A stretch of 64,000 nucleotides of DNA from Toensbergia leucococca (taxonomy: Eukaryota): NCBI GenBank assembly GCA_022813965.1, contig JALDZS010000011.1:124001-188000 (forward strand), read 5' to 3'. Every line of letters starts with the position of its first letter. Position 1 is the first letter of the stretch. Position numbers and translations under genes: made by a program. Shown piece after piece: positions 12,568-23,494 of the stretch. The notes under the pieces are model-generated. The model saw only the letters and a program-made list of their open reading frames with translations. It did no database searches and was not told the origin of the DNA.

Positions 12568-12687
12568 ACATACGGCCACAGACTGAGCAATATTGGGCAT
12601 CCCGTCCGCTCTGCCATACCACAAATCTCAGATCGGCTGGTTAGTAGTTGGGTCGGTGACGACCAGCGAATCCCAGCTGCTGTATGT
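12568..12687 (+). rRNA. Dispersed 5S rRNA gene (divergent variant)
   Basis: 120 nt from ACATACGGCC to GCTGTATGT. It contains the conserved CATCCCGTCCGCTC loop and TTAGTAGTTGGGTCGGTGACGACCAGCGAATCC. The terminal helix ACAUACGGC/GCUGUAUGU pairs fully. A TATA lies upstream and an oligo-T run downstream. Confidence 0.95.
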
Positions 12688-12688
12688 C

Positions 12689-12697
12689 TTTTTTTTT
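12689..12697 (+). terminator. RNA polymerase III oligo-T terminator of the 5S gene
   Basis: Run of 9 T directly after the 5S 3' end; a second T-run follows at about 12706-12713. Confidence 0.85.
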
Positions 12698-13761
12698 GTG
12701 TTGGATTTTTTTTCCTGCCGAGTGATGGGGGGTTTGTTGATGCATGAGGGCGGATTTGAGATGGGTTGAGCTGACTGGAATTCGAATCACTTTATGAAGG
12801 CATGAAATATCGAAGCTGGGTTCTTGAGTATGGGGTGAGGCTATCTTACATCTGTTTCTTACTAAGTTTACACCAGCACGAGCTTGGCCTTGACGTGGCA
12901 TTGAGGGCAGAAGCATGAATGATTTTGGGTAGAAGATGAGAACCTGATGGTTTATCGGATACTCGGATGATTATGGGATGGCATTAGGGGGGCAAAAGAG
13001 ACGGGAATTGGTAACCTCATTAACGAACAGTTCACCATATACGTTCATCGGCAAGGAGAGAGAAATGTGCAGCCGAACAACTGTCGGCTCGGAACGAAGT
13101 TCAATTTTATAATTCAATTCACAAGCTCACAGAACTTGAATGTTGGGGCTTTGTTTGCGTATCTCAGACCAGATCTGAAGTGCTATTTATTATTGTCCTA
13201 CCCTAAGTGCGTTTCCCCGATCATTGCAAGGCATAGGGCTTTACTGTGATATCAAATCGGCCGACGCATTATTAATGTGATATTTAGGATATGAAAAGCT
13301 TCCTTAGTCGCACCTTTGGTTTGGTTTTTCTCCCGCATACCTCGTAGAATAATTATTAAGCATCTGAAGTTCGGTCAACAAATGATAGCTAATTCTCAAG
13401 GCTGCTTGAACAAGTCTATCGAAATCGTAACAATGAGTCTGGTAGACATGTCACAACTATGGAACATCATTTATGAATCAAAGGAAGTGGCTGGTACATA
13501 TTTCTTGATCCGTTGATTGAGGTCTGGTGCGGTTGTCATGCCAACGCGTTTGTTTAGCCATGTGTTTTCAGGGGTTGAAATTATGACGCAGGTAAGGCAG
13601 AGTGCCGCTAGAATGCAAATCAATCTATGGGCAGCCACAAATATCTTCCGAAATGAAAGCTTTGCTTGCAAGTTGCTCCTGATCTCATCACATCTACATG
13701 CCCAAGCTGGCTCCAGATCGAGGTCATCGCTCAATTACTGCGTTCCTTGATCCTATACGCA

Positions 13762-15762
13762 ATGGACGAAAACTGCATGGCAAGTCAGTACCAGGTGCTT
13801 GAGGAGCTGGGAAGTAAGTTGGAAGTCCTATAGCAGTACTAGCATAGGGGCTGACATGATTGCGCTTCTAGGTGGTAGCTTTGGTATCGTTTACAAGGCA
13901 ATTGAGGTTTCCACTGGCGATGTCGTTGCTATTAAACATGTGAGTAATAATGTGTTACGGAAATCGATGCGGACGGATTACTGATATCATAGACAGATCG
14001 ATCTTGAATCCAGTGATGATGACATACAAGACATTCAACAAGAAATCTCTGTGCTCAGTACTTGCGACAGTCCCTTCGTCACACAATACAAGACTAGCTT
14101 CTTACGCGGCCACAAGCTTTGGATAGTGATGGAATACCTAGGCGGAGGGTCTTGCCTGGATCTAGTAGGAACCTCAATGTAACACAGATCATGGGGCACT
14201 ATTGACTGTCCTAGCTAAAACCTGGCCCATTCAACGAAGGCCACATTGCCATTGTTTGCCGGGAACTGCTCCTGGGACTAGACTATCTACACCAGGAGGG
14301 CAAGATACACCGGGATATCAAAGCAGCAAACGTTTTACTTGCTCAATCTGGCAAGGTGAAGCTAGCTGATTTTGGTGTTGCCGCGCAACTCGTCAATATC
14401 AAATCCCTAAGGAACACTTTTGTGGGCACTCCTTTTTGGATGGCCCCAGAGGTCATACAGCAAGCTGGTTATGACTTCAAGGCCGACATCTGGTCGCTCG
14501 GGATAACAGCGATGGAGATGGTGAATGGGGAACCGCCGAATGCCAGCACACATCCAATGAAGGTCTTGTTCCTGATTCCTAAAGCCCCAGCGCCGAGGTT
14601 AGAGGGAACGAAGTACAGTCGAGATTTCAAGGATTTCGTAGCTGCATGCTTGGTGAAAGATCCAGATCGTAGGCCAACGGCGAAAGAGTTACTACAGTAC
14701 CGCTTCATTCGAGGAGCAGGGAGGGTGGAAGGGTTGCAAGAACTTATTCATCGTCGCCAAATGTGGGATAGTGGCAGAGAGAGGACTTCGCATCCCAAAT
14801 TCTATGAAGAGACAATGAGTACTATGTCAGTTCGACACGAGACAGAAGAATGGGTCTTTGATACAGTGAAGGCTCCGACTGTTGCTGCACACAAACTCAC
14901 ACAAAAGCGACGAAGAGTTGTGAGTAGCCAGATTGCTATTCAAGAAAGTCCGGAGAGCATGCTGCATAAATTGACGCTTGAGGAGGCTCCTCGGAAGGAA
15001 CGTGATTCGCCTCCACCAACTGTGCGGAAAGCCGCGATGAAGCGACGGACATCTCCAACAGGATTGGCGTCTCCCGCCAAGCGTAGACCCAGCGCACAGA
15101 AGCAGCCTTTAGCCCCCAGCATGAACTTTGGAAACGGCGGATCCACGGCGAAGCAATTCCGGCGCGTGTCGGACAGGCTGACAAATATTTCGCCAACTGC
15201 ATCAATAGCTGGTAAGGATGAAAATCAGGCGCCTTCTGCCCAAACAACTACAAAAGAGGCGATGTTGGGGAGAAGAGCCTATGAAAAAGCTATAGACCAA
15301 GCTTTCCAAGAGACGTACGCGCAGACGGGGAATCAGGTTAAGCGGGAGGCCATCTCGCGGGTGGCACAAGCCTGGAACTTTATGGACGAGGAGGATCCTG
15401 AAGGACAATACCATCTTCTGAAGCTCATTTTCGAAAAGATACAAAGGTAGGCTTGCCATGGTACATTAAATCTTTCTAGGCTGATCAGAGATTACAGTGA
15501 CCCGCAGCTGTCAATTCTGATACCACCGTTGCAACCCGGCGCACTACAAAAACCGAAGCTCGTCTTAGCACAGAACAACCCGCATCTAAAAAGCCACCGT
15601 CGACGGCAATCATCTTTGATGCCAATAGACGACTTCTTAGCGGACACGGCAACAAATCTGCCCGGCGAGCTGGTTCCCGGTATGGAACATACGAAACAAT
15701 TAGCTGACGTGCTCTACAGCAAATGGGCTGAAGGTCTTCAAAACCGCTGGCCGGTCAGATGA
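13762..15762 (+). CDS. sid1: STE20/GCK-family Ser/Thr kinase, probably septation-initiation-network kinase Sid1
   Basis: Spliced N-terminal kinase domain [60 protein letters not shown], then a long C-terminal tail ending [13 protein letters not shown]. Four introns. The Sid1 assignment over other GCK kinases is from recall. Confidence 0.8.
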
Positions 15763-16841
15763 TAAGAGCCTTCGGGCTCTATCGCTTGTGATTGTAATTG
15801 AGTTTTCCTATTCAGGCCATGACCTCTGAAGTGGTTTGACAGGCGCATCCGCGGAAAGACTTTCTTCGGGAGTCTAGCAAATTTTATACACTTTTCCCAT
15901 TCGCATTACTGGTGTCATCGGCGCCTTACGAGGAGCACCCGGACATTGGTGGATCTGCATTCGGCGCGCTAAGACTTCGCTTTTTCTTCGACTGTTCTTG
16001 ACTATGTGTCAGACAGCGCATTTGTACAATATTTGGTGGTGTGTTGCTTTTACGTATATTGCATAGTATCCTGGTTGCCCTCAATTCTGAGACGGCGTCC
16101 GAAGGCATACTTGAAGATTGAGACCTGATTAGCTTTGTCACCAATTGGAGGACGGAGTAATATCGGCCAAAAAGTTGAATAGCACGTCAGCGTCTTTAGA
16201 TCTTGTTGGCGATGTCTCTGGTAGTATTTCCGCAGTCAAGAAAATAGAAGTTGAAAGCTCCATGAGTGGACAGTGCTCGTAGAGTGCCTGAGTGCCAGGG
16301 ATCCTCGGCTAACGTAATCCTACTGGACCTGCGTCACTGGCACTTTAGTGGCTACGGGAGTCGGGAGCCAAGTGCGATCGAATTTGGCTCGTGGTTCCTG
16401 GATTAAGGTTGTTTGGCAGGAGTGGGAAATTGCTATTCTAAATAAATACTCCGTAGGCAATCGGCCACCATCTCTTTCATCCCACCCTCGGATGACGGGC
16501 CTCGGTGGATTCATTGTTTACAACACCCTCTTCGGCACCAAATTCTTCTGCATACCTTCTTTAATACCATTGCCACTCGTATCGTTGACATAACACTGCT
16601 TGCAAGCAGTCACGTGGCAGTGTCCTCGCTGCTCTATGGTCGATTCACAGTGACTTCCCACGACTTTCAACTATGCTATGAGTACCATTCCGCCCAATTC
16701 GACCTTCATCGCCATGGCATTACTATTCAGTCCGATGAATCCTACACCTGTCGACGCAAACTAGTCTTCTACCCCAGTACCTCTAGGTCACCGTAACTGC
16801 AACTAACTGGCCTCCTTGGAATCACAATACACAGTGTCCCG

Positions 16842-18254
16842 ATGTTGCGCCCTCGCAGACCCTCCTTAAATATATCTAGGCTCTCCAGACTAGATCACGA
16901 CGAGCAACAAGAGCATTCATCAAATCTAGAAACCCCTATGCTACCAGTCAATGTCACGTCACCGGAGAAAATATCATTCTTTCTGGCAGACTCAAGTAGC
17001 ACTTTTCTTACAGCTTTGGCCGCGCAAGAGAGGAGGGTTTTGGAATTGAAAGAGGAGCTTGAAAAGGCTGAGGATAAACTCGAAAAGCTCAAGAAGCACT
17101 GGGCGATATATGAGGTGACTAAAAAGAGAAACGAGATACGCCATCTGGAGCAGCTTCAGCCAATCAGTCCGCCTATTGATATCAAGGATGTCGAGATCGA
17201 TCAACTTGCCAGCATTGGCAGAGAAAACGACAGACAAAAGCCTGTTCCTGGGGAAAGGAAGCAGACCCAGCGTAAAGTATTCTCGGGATCGAAGCATACG
17301 AGGGCCCTTTCATTACTGTCCCCAAGTTTATCTGCGAGCCATCGGACTGCCTCACCGACGGTATCGTTATCTCCTATTGATCAGCGTCTACCGGGGACTT
17401 CGATCTCAAGATCCGCTACTGTTCCTGCGATAGAAGTCTCCACGGCTACATCTGTCCCAAGTAATAATGACCCTCCTCAAGATCTTATGATCGAGACGGG
17501 TAGGCAATTTGTAGGAGATCTGAGGCAAGGGCTACGGACATTCTTTGAGGATCTGAGGCAAGCGACTGTCGGAAATGAAGCTGTCAATGGGGCAACGTCG
17601 CGGGATCTGCAAAAGAGTATGAATTCTAAGACTGCAAGAATTCAGAACAACAGTCTCAAGGCCAGAAATTTGGCGAAAGTGGGCGATCTTTCATATATCC
17701 CGAAGACTAAGTCCGACATCTCTGAACGTAAATCAATTGGTGTGATTGGCACTTTCAACTCAGAGAAAAGAAGTCAGGGGCAATTTGATTGTGATTCAAA
17801 GAGAGGGGGGTCTACACTTCCGAAAGTCATCGATGACAGTGAGCTTGAAGATGATGGGTGGAATAACTGGGAATCCCCAAAATCGAAGGTTTCGTCTCCT
17901 CGTTCGAGCCGCAGTATGCACTCAAGCATATCTGAGCAGTCTTGGTCTCCTCCGAACGAAAAGAGTAGCTCGAGGACAAGTGCGAGGTATGAATGTTCAC
18001 AAGACCATGCTTGTTATAGACTGAAATTTTATAGTTCTTCCACTTTAATACCTCGCCCGACCAAAGATCTTGCGGATAAACGGGACAACATCCCTTGGCC
18101 GGACATACTGAAATCATCTCCGGGAAATCTCAAGAGGACCGCCTCGACTCTAATGAGCGAGTGGGAAGCTAGTCTCACACCGCCTAGGATTGAGGGTCTG
18201 GGGCTTGATTCATCAAAGCCGTTGGCAGCGGCAGCAGTGAAGAAGGCGGATTAG
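16842..18254 (+). CDS. DUF4048-like coiled-coil fungal protein
   Basis: FLTALAAQERRVLELKEELEKAEDKLEKLKKHWA, RKVFSGSKHTRALSLLS and GLRTFFEDLRQATVG motifs. Probable in-frame 48-nt intron at about 17987-18034. The start may lie further upstream, since a branch point and acceptor sit at 16802-16834. Confidence 0.75.
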   Translation: MLRPRRPSLNISRLSRLDHDEQQEHSSNLETPMLPVNVTSPEKISFFLADSSSTFLTALAAQERRVLELKEELEKAEDKLEKLKKHWAIYEVTKKRNEIRHLEQLQPISPPIDIKDVEIDQLASIGRENDRQKPVPGERKQTQRKVFSGSKHTRALSLLSPSLSASHRTASPTVSLSPIDQRLPGTSISRSATVPAIEVSTATSVPSNNDPPQDLMIETGRQFVGDLRQGLRTFFEDLRQATVGNEAVNGATSRDLQKSMNSKTARIQNNSLKARNLAKVGDLSYIPKTKSDISERKSIGVIGTFNSEKRSQGQFDCDSKRGGSTLPKVIDDSELEDDGWNNWESPKSKVSSPRSSRSMHSSISEQSWSPPNEKSSSRTSARYECSQDHACYRLKFYSSSTLIPRPTKDLADKRDNIPWPDILKSSPGNLKRTASTLMSEWEASLTPPRIEGLGLDSSKPLAAAAVKKAD

Positions 18255-18665
18255 CAACACGTTTTGCCTGTTGTGCTTCTTAATTAATGAGATGCCAAGA
18301 GTCTTGATAGCTGGAATTGCTATATGATCATGTATGTTCATGTATGATTAGATGCTTAGATGCTTAGATGGAGACGGTCAGAGTGGATTTTGTACAAAAC
18401 GAATAGAAGATTTGGCCAAACTTGCATTGTGCCAGAGCATCACAAATGCTGTAGCTGGATTCCATAACCATCTTCTTGTTCAACTGTTCGCTTGCTTTCA
18501 ATTTGTGTTGAATTTCTCTGTAAGTATGAACGTGGAACCATGGTCATATGTTTGAGTTTGAAGTTAGGAGGCTCATGAATGACACCATCAACGCCGCTCG
18601 GTTAGCCTGTCTAAGTCATTTTATCATCTAGAAGGCAACTCGAGACAGGAGAGATTTCGCCCACG

Positions 18666-19419
18666 ATGAGTTTTCCTGGCATACCTGGCCAGGGCTTCGG
18701 TGGAGGAGGTGTCGACACGGCGGGTTCGAGTTCCCAGGAACAAATGATGATTAAATATGTTGGTTTTTATTCGTGCGAACCCGATTTCTCTCGCTGATGG
18801 AACCGTTTGTTCTAGATGCAGGCGGCCATGGAAAGCTGTCCGGCGAAGACTGTCATTTCCGGTGGCATGGGTTTCGTGCTCGGTGGAGCCTTTGGGCTTT
18901 TCATGTCGAGTGTAAGGACCCTGCCATTCGAAACCTTTTGGGGGCGCAAACGCACAGCCCTTTGCTAACCTCAAGCGCGCCCTTTGATCACAGATGAGTT
19001 ACGACACGCCTCTGACCCCGCAAGGACAGCAGCTCGCCAGCTTGCCGGTACGAGAACAGCTGCGGAGGGGCTTCAAGGACATGGGGACCCGATCGTTCAG
19101 CTCGGCCAAGAATTTCGCCCTGGTTGGATCGATATTCGCGGGGACGGAGTGTTGTATCGAAGGGGTAATCTTTTTTTTCCTCCTCATCTTCCTCGAAACA
19201 TGTTTTTTGGTGAGAAGGGCAGAACAGACGTTGGCTGATTCTTATGTTTGCGGGTAGTTTCGGGCAAAGAACGATCTCAAGAATGGCATAGCAGCCGGAT
19301 GCCTTACGGGCGGTGCTCTGGGGGCGAAAGCTGGGCCGCAAGCCGCAGCCATAGGATGCGCGGGCTTTGCGGCTTTCAGTGCTGCAATCGACTACTATAT
19401 GAGGATGCCGTCTGATTGA
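18666..19419 (+). CDS. TIM22: Mitochondrial inner-membrane import translocase subunit Tim22
   Basis: Four exons give [94 protein letters not shown]. Confidence 0.95.
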
Positions 19420-21186
19420 TAAACAACAAGGGCGTGCGTGGCCCATGGATAGCCTCTTTTCAACATCTCCACTTCCGAATATACTCGGTGTAAATACGCA
19501 TATAGATGGCGCGGCTTGGGTCTCCGGGAATGGGTCTCCGCTCGACTTGACGGAAGTCGATATGTACATCACTCTAGGGGAAGAATTGGCCGAGTTGGTG
19601 AAATTGCTCTTCACACGAAACAACGAGTACTTCTTTCCTGACAACCACTCGCCGAAGGGAAGGACGTGTTATGTTATGCCTCGAAGGCAACGGTTGCAAG
19701 ACAATACATCACTCGAGACGGGGATTGTCTTTCCTTCCACTCCTACAATGTACGATCTGGCAGGGGGTTGACGATCTCAGCATATCACTCCATAATGGTC
19801 AGACCAAGATCTCCCATCCCATTGGTGTTGAGCCATGTTCATTTCATCAGACTATGTATCATTTGCCCTCTTCAATACACCTGAGACTCGATTTACAAGG
19901 ATGCTGCTATTTCAACTTTAGTGAACTCATGAGAATTCCATCGTAGCCAAGCCGGGCACGAATTATTATTCCGAGTGAATGAGGTACGGGCTTTAAGCAA
20001 TCACAATTCTTCTCCCTACGTTAAGTTAACGAGGCGTTCGAGTACTTTCTTGCAGGGCTATGACTTGTAGCGGTGGCTACCCTACCCGATGACTCCTTTC
20101 ACTTAATTATGATCCTCCAATCTTTTTGTCAAAGCAATAGCACTTGTTGTGCAGAATGGCAATACTTCGACTACGAGAATGTTATGTCTTCCTTTCCAGA
20201 CTACAATCTTACCCTTGTGTATTGCGCAAACCGACGTATGCTTAGAGCTACAGATGACAGAGCCTAGGAAACCGGACGCACTGGCTCAAGTCGAGTTTCA
20301 AGGCAATAGTCACAATGGATAGCTGCTCTCTGGTTATCGTAGCTTTTCCTTGCTCCGCAGTCACATAGCTTGCCGCCAAAGACGAATCGTGGGTCTGGCA
20401 AACTATGTACATGCAGTCTAGCTATCTTCGTGATTATGGTTTTTGCTTCTGAAGCAGGACTGTTTCTATGCTTTCAAGCAGTTGAGCGATTCTGTGATTA
20501 TTTCAAAATGAGTTGCATACATTTCAAAAAAGTGGCAGCAGTATCGAAGCAAGATGGTGACACACCGACGACTCGACACGAAACCGATCTTTCAGGATCA
20601 CAGCTCTAGGACACGCTATATTTTCCCTCGGAGTCCTGAGATATCTGATTTCCCAGTCGCAAGTTCCAGTGAATATTTTAAGCCATGGCTTAAGCTAAGA
20701 TTGTTTAAGTCCTCTTTTTGAGGTCATCAGCTGATACCTGTGCTGTTCATCCTAGGCTCAATGCTAAAATGTAAGATTGTAAATGCTAAGGTAGTTGAGG
20801 TAAATTAAGTTGCACGGGCGGCATCGTTGCTAGAAATTTGGCGAAGGTTTATTCCAGAGGTAAATATTCCCACGATCTGAAGCCGCAAGGTCCTTCACTA
20901 GGATTCGGCCTTGCGGATTGTCCTGAAGACTGAGTATAATCTTTCTTCAATCAAGAGTATTCATGTTATGATCATTGATGTATGTCATATTCAAAAAGGA
21001 GGAAAGTTTGAAAAGAAAGTGAACGTGATAGTTTAGTAGATAGCTAAATACGTACATAAATGTAGTACCGACGAGATGTGTTGGCTTTGCATGGGAGTGG
21101 TAATGACGAGGTAAATTGTCTTAACGTGGTTACATCCTGTTGGTAGTACATCTACCTTTCGATGCTGACAATCATAAGGCGCAATC

Positions 21187-22403
21187 ATGAAACTCGAGTA
21201 TTCCGTCAAGGAGCCTCTTAATCGGGAACCTCCCATGAAGGACCTTGTCTCGAGGTATTTCCAAAACAATGTGGACATTTACATTATCATGGCTTCGCTC
21301 TGACAACAAATAGCTTCATCACCGAGAGTGGAGGCTACAATCGGAACCATGGACCGATTCCGTACATAGACGGAGGGAAGCACGTGATAAAAGTCGATGG
21401 TGCCGTTGAGAATACTCTTCAGCTTTCGATATCGCAATTGAGGACCGAGTTCCGGCAACATGAAGTTGTCTGTGCTCTGCAATGTGCTGGTAATCGCCGC
21501 CACACGATGCGTACTCATAAAGAGGTCAACGGCGTTGACTGGGGCGATGGAGCTGTCATGAACTGCAAGTGGAAAGGACCGAAGCTTAAAGACGTCCTTT
21601 CTAAAGCTGCGCTGCGTGTCGCCGACATAAAAAAAGCTCATGTGGCATTCGCAAGCTTCCAGACACTGTGCCAGGATGACAAATGGTACGGAGGCAGTAT
21701 CGACTTGGCACGAGCCATGCGAGACGACAGAGAAGTCATCTTGGCTCTGGATGTATGGACATTGTTCTATGAAAGACCGCATCGACATGACATAGCTCAC
21801 AGTGTCTAGATGAACGGTAAACCCCTCGTCGCCGAGCACGGGTATCCAGTCCGAATTATCGCTCCTGGTATTATCGGAGCTAGAATGGTGAAATGGCTTG
21901 ACCGGATTACGGTGCAGTTGGAGGAATCGACCAACTTCTACCAGAAGCTTGACTACAAGATACTTCCGCCAGAGGCTACGTGCAAGGAAACCGCCAAAAA
22001 ATATTGGCCCATCACCCCTGCATTACAAGAATTGCCTGTAAATTCAGTCGTCGCTGTGCCTGAGGCTGGAAGTACTGTCGAGCTTTCGCCGAATGGGACT
22101 ATCGAAATCAAAGGTTACGCGCTGCCACAGGCCGACCAAGGTCCAGTTGTGAGGGTTGAGGTGTCGGTAGATGATGGTAGAACTTGGTTCGATGCTCAAA
22201 TCATTGACGGGACCCGAGGTAGGGCCAAATGGAGTTGGGTCCTGTGGAAGACCGTTATTCGCATGGAAAGAGGGCAAAAGCGATGTATCTTCAGTCGAGC
22301 AATAGATAAGGGTGGCAATACCCAGCCTCCCCATCATCCATGGAACATTAGGGGTCTCGCTTACAACGGGTACGGGGCGTCTGAAGACCTTACAATCTTA
22401 TGA
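21187..22403 (+). CDS. Sulfite oxidase-family molybdoenzyme (Mo-co and dimerisation domains, no cytochrome b5 domain)
   Basis: PLNREP, YNRNHGPIP, Mo-ligating LQCAGNRR, WGDGAVMN..WKG, MNGKPL..HGYPVRIIAPGIIGARMVKWL and WN.RGL.YNGY. Two introns, about 21255-21313 and about 21753-21809. Confidence 0.9.
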
Positions 22404-23494
22404 TTGAAGACGGGTTGCTGTACGCTGGACATAATAAACACCATAGGATGGAGTTATTCTGTGCTGGAAAGGAGAATTAGGCCGGGACAAGTAGACGATG
22501 GCCTATCATGAAATATAGCTCTCCTATGTCAGCACGTCTCCTTAGCAGGATCCCAAATGCGAAATGAACCTTCTCAACACTGTCTGTGGCTATACTTGAC
22601 ACTACTGCAATTGACATTGGAGCGTCGACAAAGCAAATGGGGTCTAGCATGAGTCATGTAATGCCACGGATGGACCAGCGTCGATGCCCTAATGTCCTCA
22701 TGCCTCTTTTAACTAAAGTAAATGGGGCTGATGATTGAGGGAGAGAAGCGACCAGGGATATTAAAGACAGAAGAGTGCTTAAGTGATCAGAACTCAAACT
22801 AGAAGCCAATCGGCGATGGGCCCAGAAGGTCTTTTGGTGAGATTGGAATCAATGCGGTGAGTGGTTTTGTATAGGACATTGACACCCATCTGAAGAATAC
22901 GCGCCTTGTTTCAAAGAAAACTTGTTTCTCTAAAGAAAACATGTATAATTGTTCCATATTTGCTGTAAGATTTGAATTGAGTTTGGGGACAGTGATGATG
23001 AGAGGGTGGAGGTGGACAGTGAACTACCTATCTCAAACTTTCAGGTCATGTCAGTCTTCAGTACCAGTCAAGGAGTATAATAGAGAAAGCACTTTGATGC
23101 ATAGGTAGGAGTGAGGGGGTGTCAACGTACAGAAAGGGGTGTAAGTCTCGTCAGTGTAATGGTATCCTTGGTATTTTGCAAATTTTTATCATTCTGCCCT
23201 AGACGAAAATCGCTTACCTATTCTATTCACCAATGGTAAAGGAGTCGTCATCAGCAATACAAGTCATACTTGATTTTCGTCACAAAGAGTCAACGCCACG
23301 AATTTTCGCCATGTCTTCAACAACCTTCTATTTCCCTTCTTCTTTAGATTCACTCGCTCATCGTATTCGCCGACCGATTGTTCTATCCTTGAACACTCCT
23401 CGTTCTGATTCTGTGGCCATCGTGTCTGGCTAGCTAAACTACGAATACATTCAATATGACCTCGTCATAAAAGCTCCTTCTACATCGCAAGACG

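Noticed and set aside
10864..13761. Transposon relic or hidden gene in the 2.9-kb gap around the 5S gene
   Set aside because: I saw no transposase, RT or gag motifs, LTRs or TIRs. The short ORFs, including 13471-13734, have non-ATG starts or no recognisable motifs.
18722..18735. tRNA T-arm-like GGGTTCGAGTTCCC
   Set aside because: It lies inside TIM22 exon 1, and no acceptor stem, D-arm or anticodon arm can be built.
3341..22403. Nitrate-assimilation cluster (nirA plus a molybdoenzyme)
   Set aside because: The molybdoenzyme lacks the heme and FAD domains of nitrate reductase and lies 15 kb away. No nitrite reductase or nitrate transporter is present.
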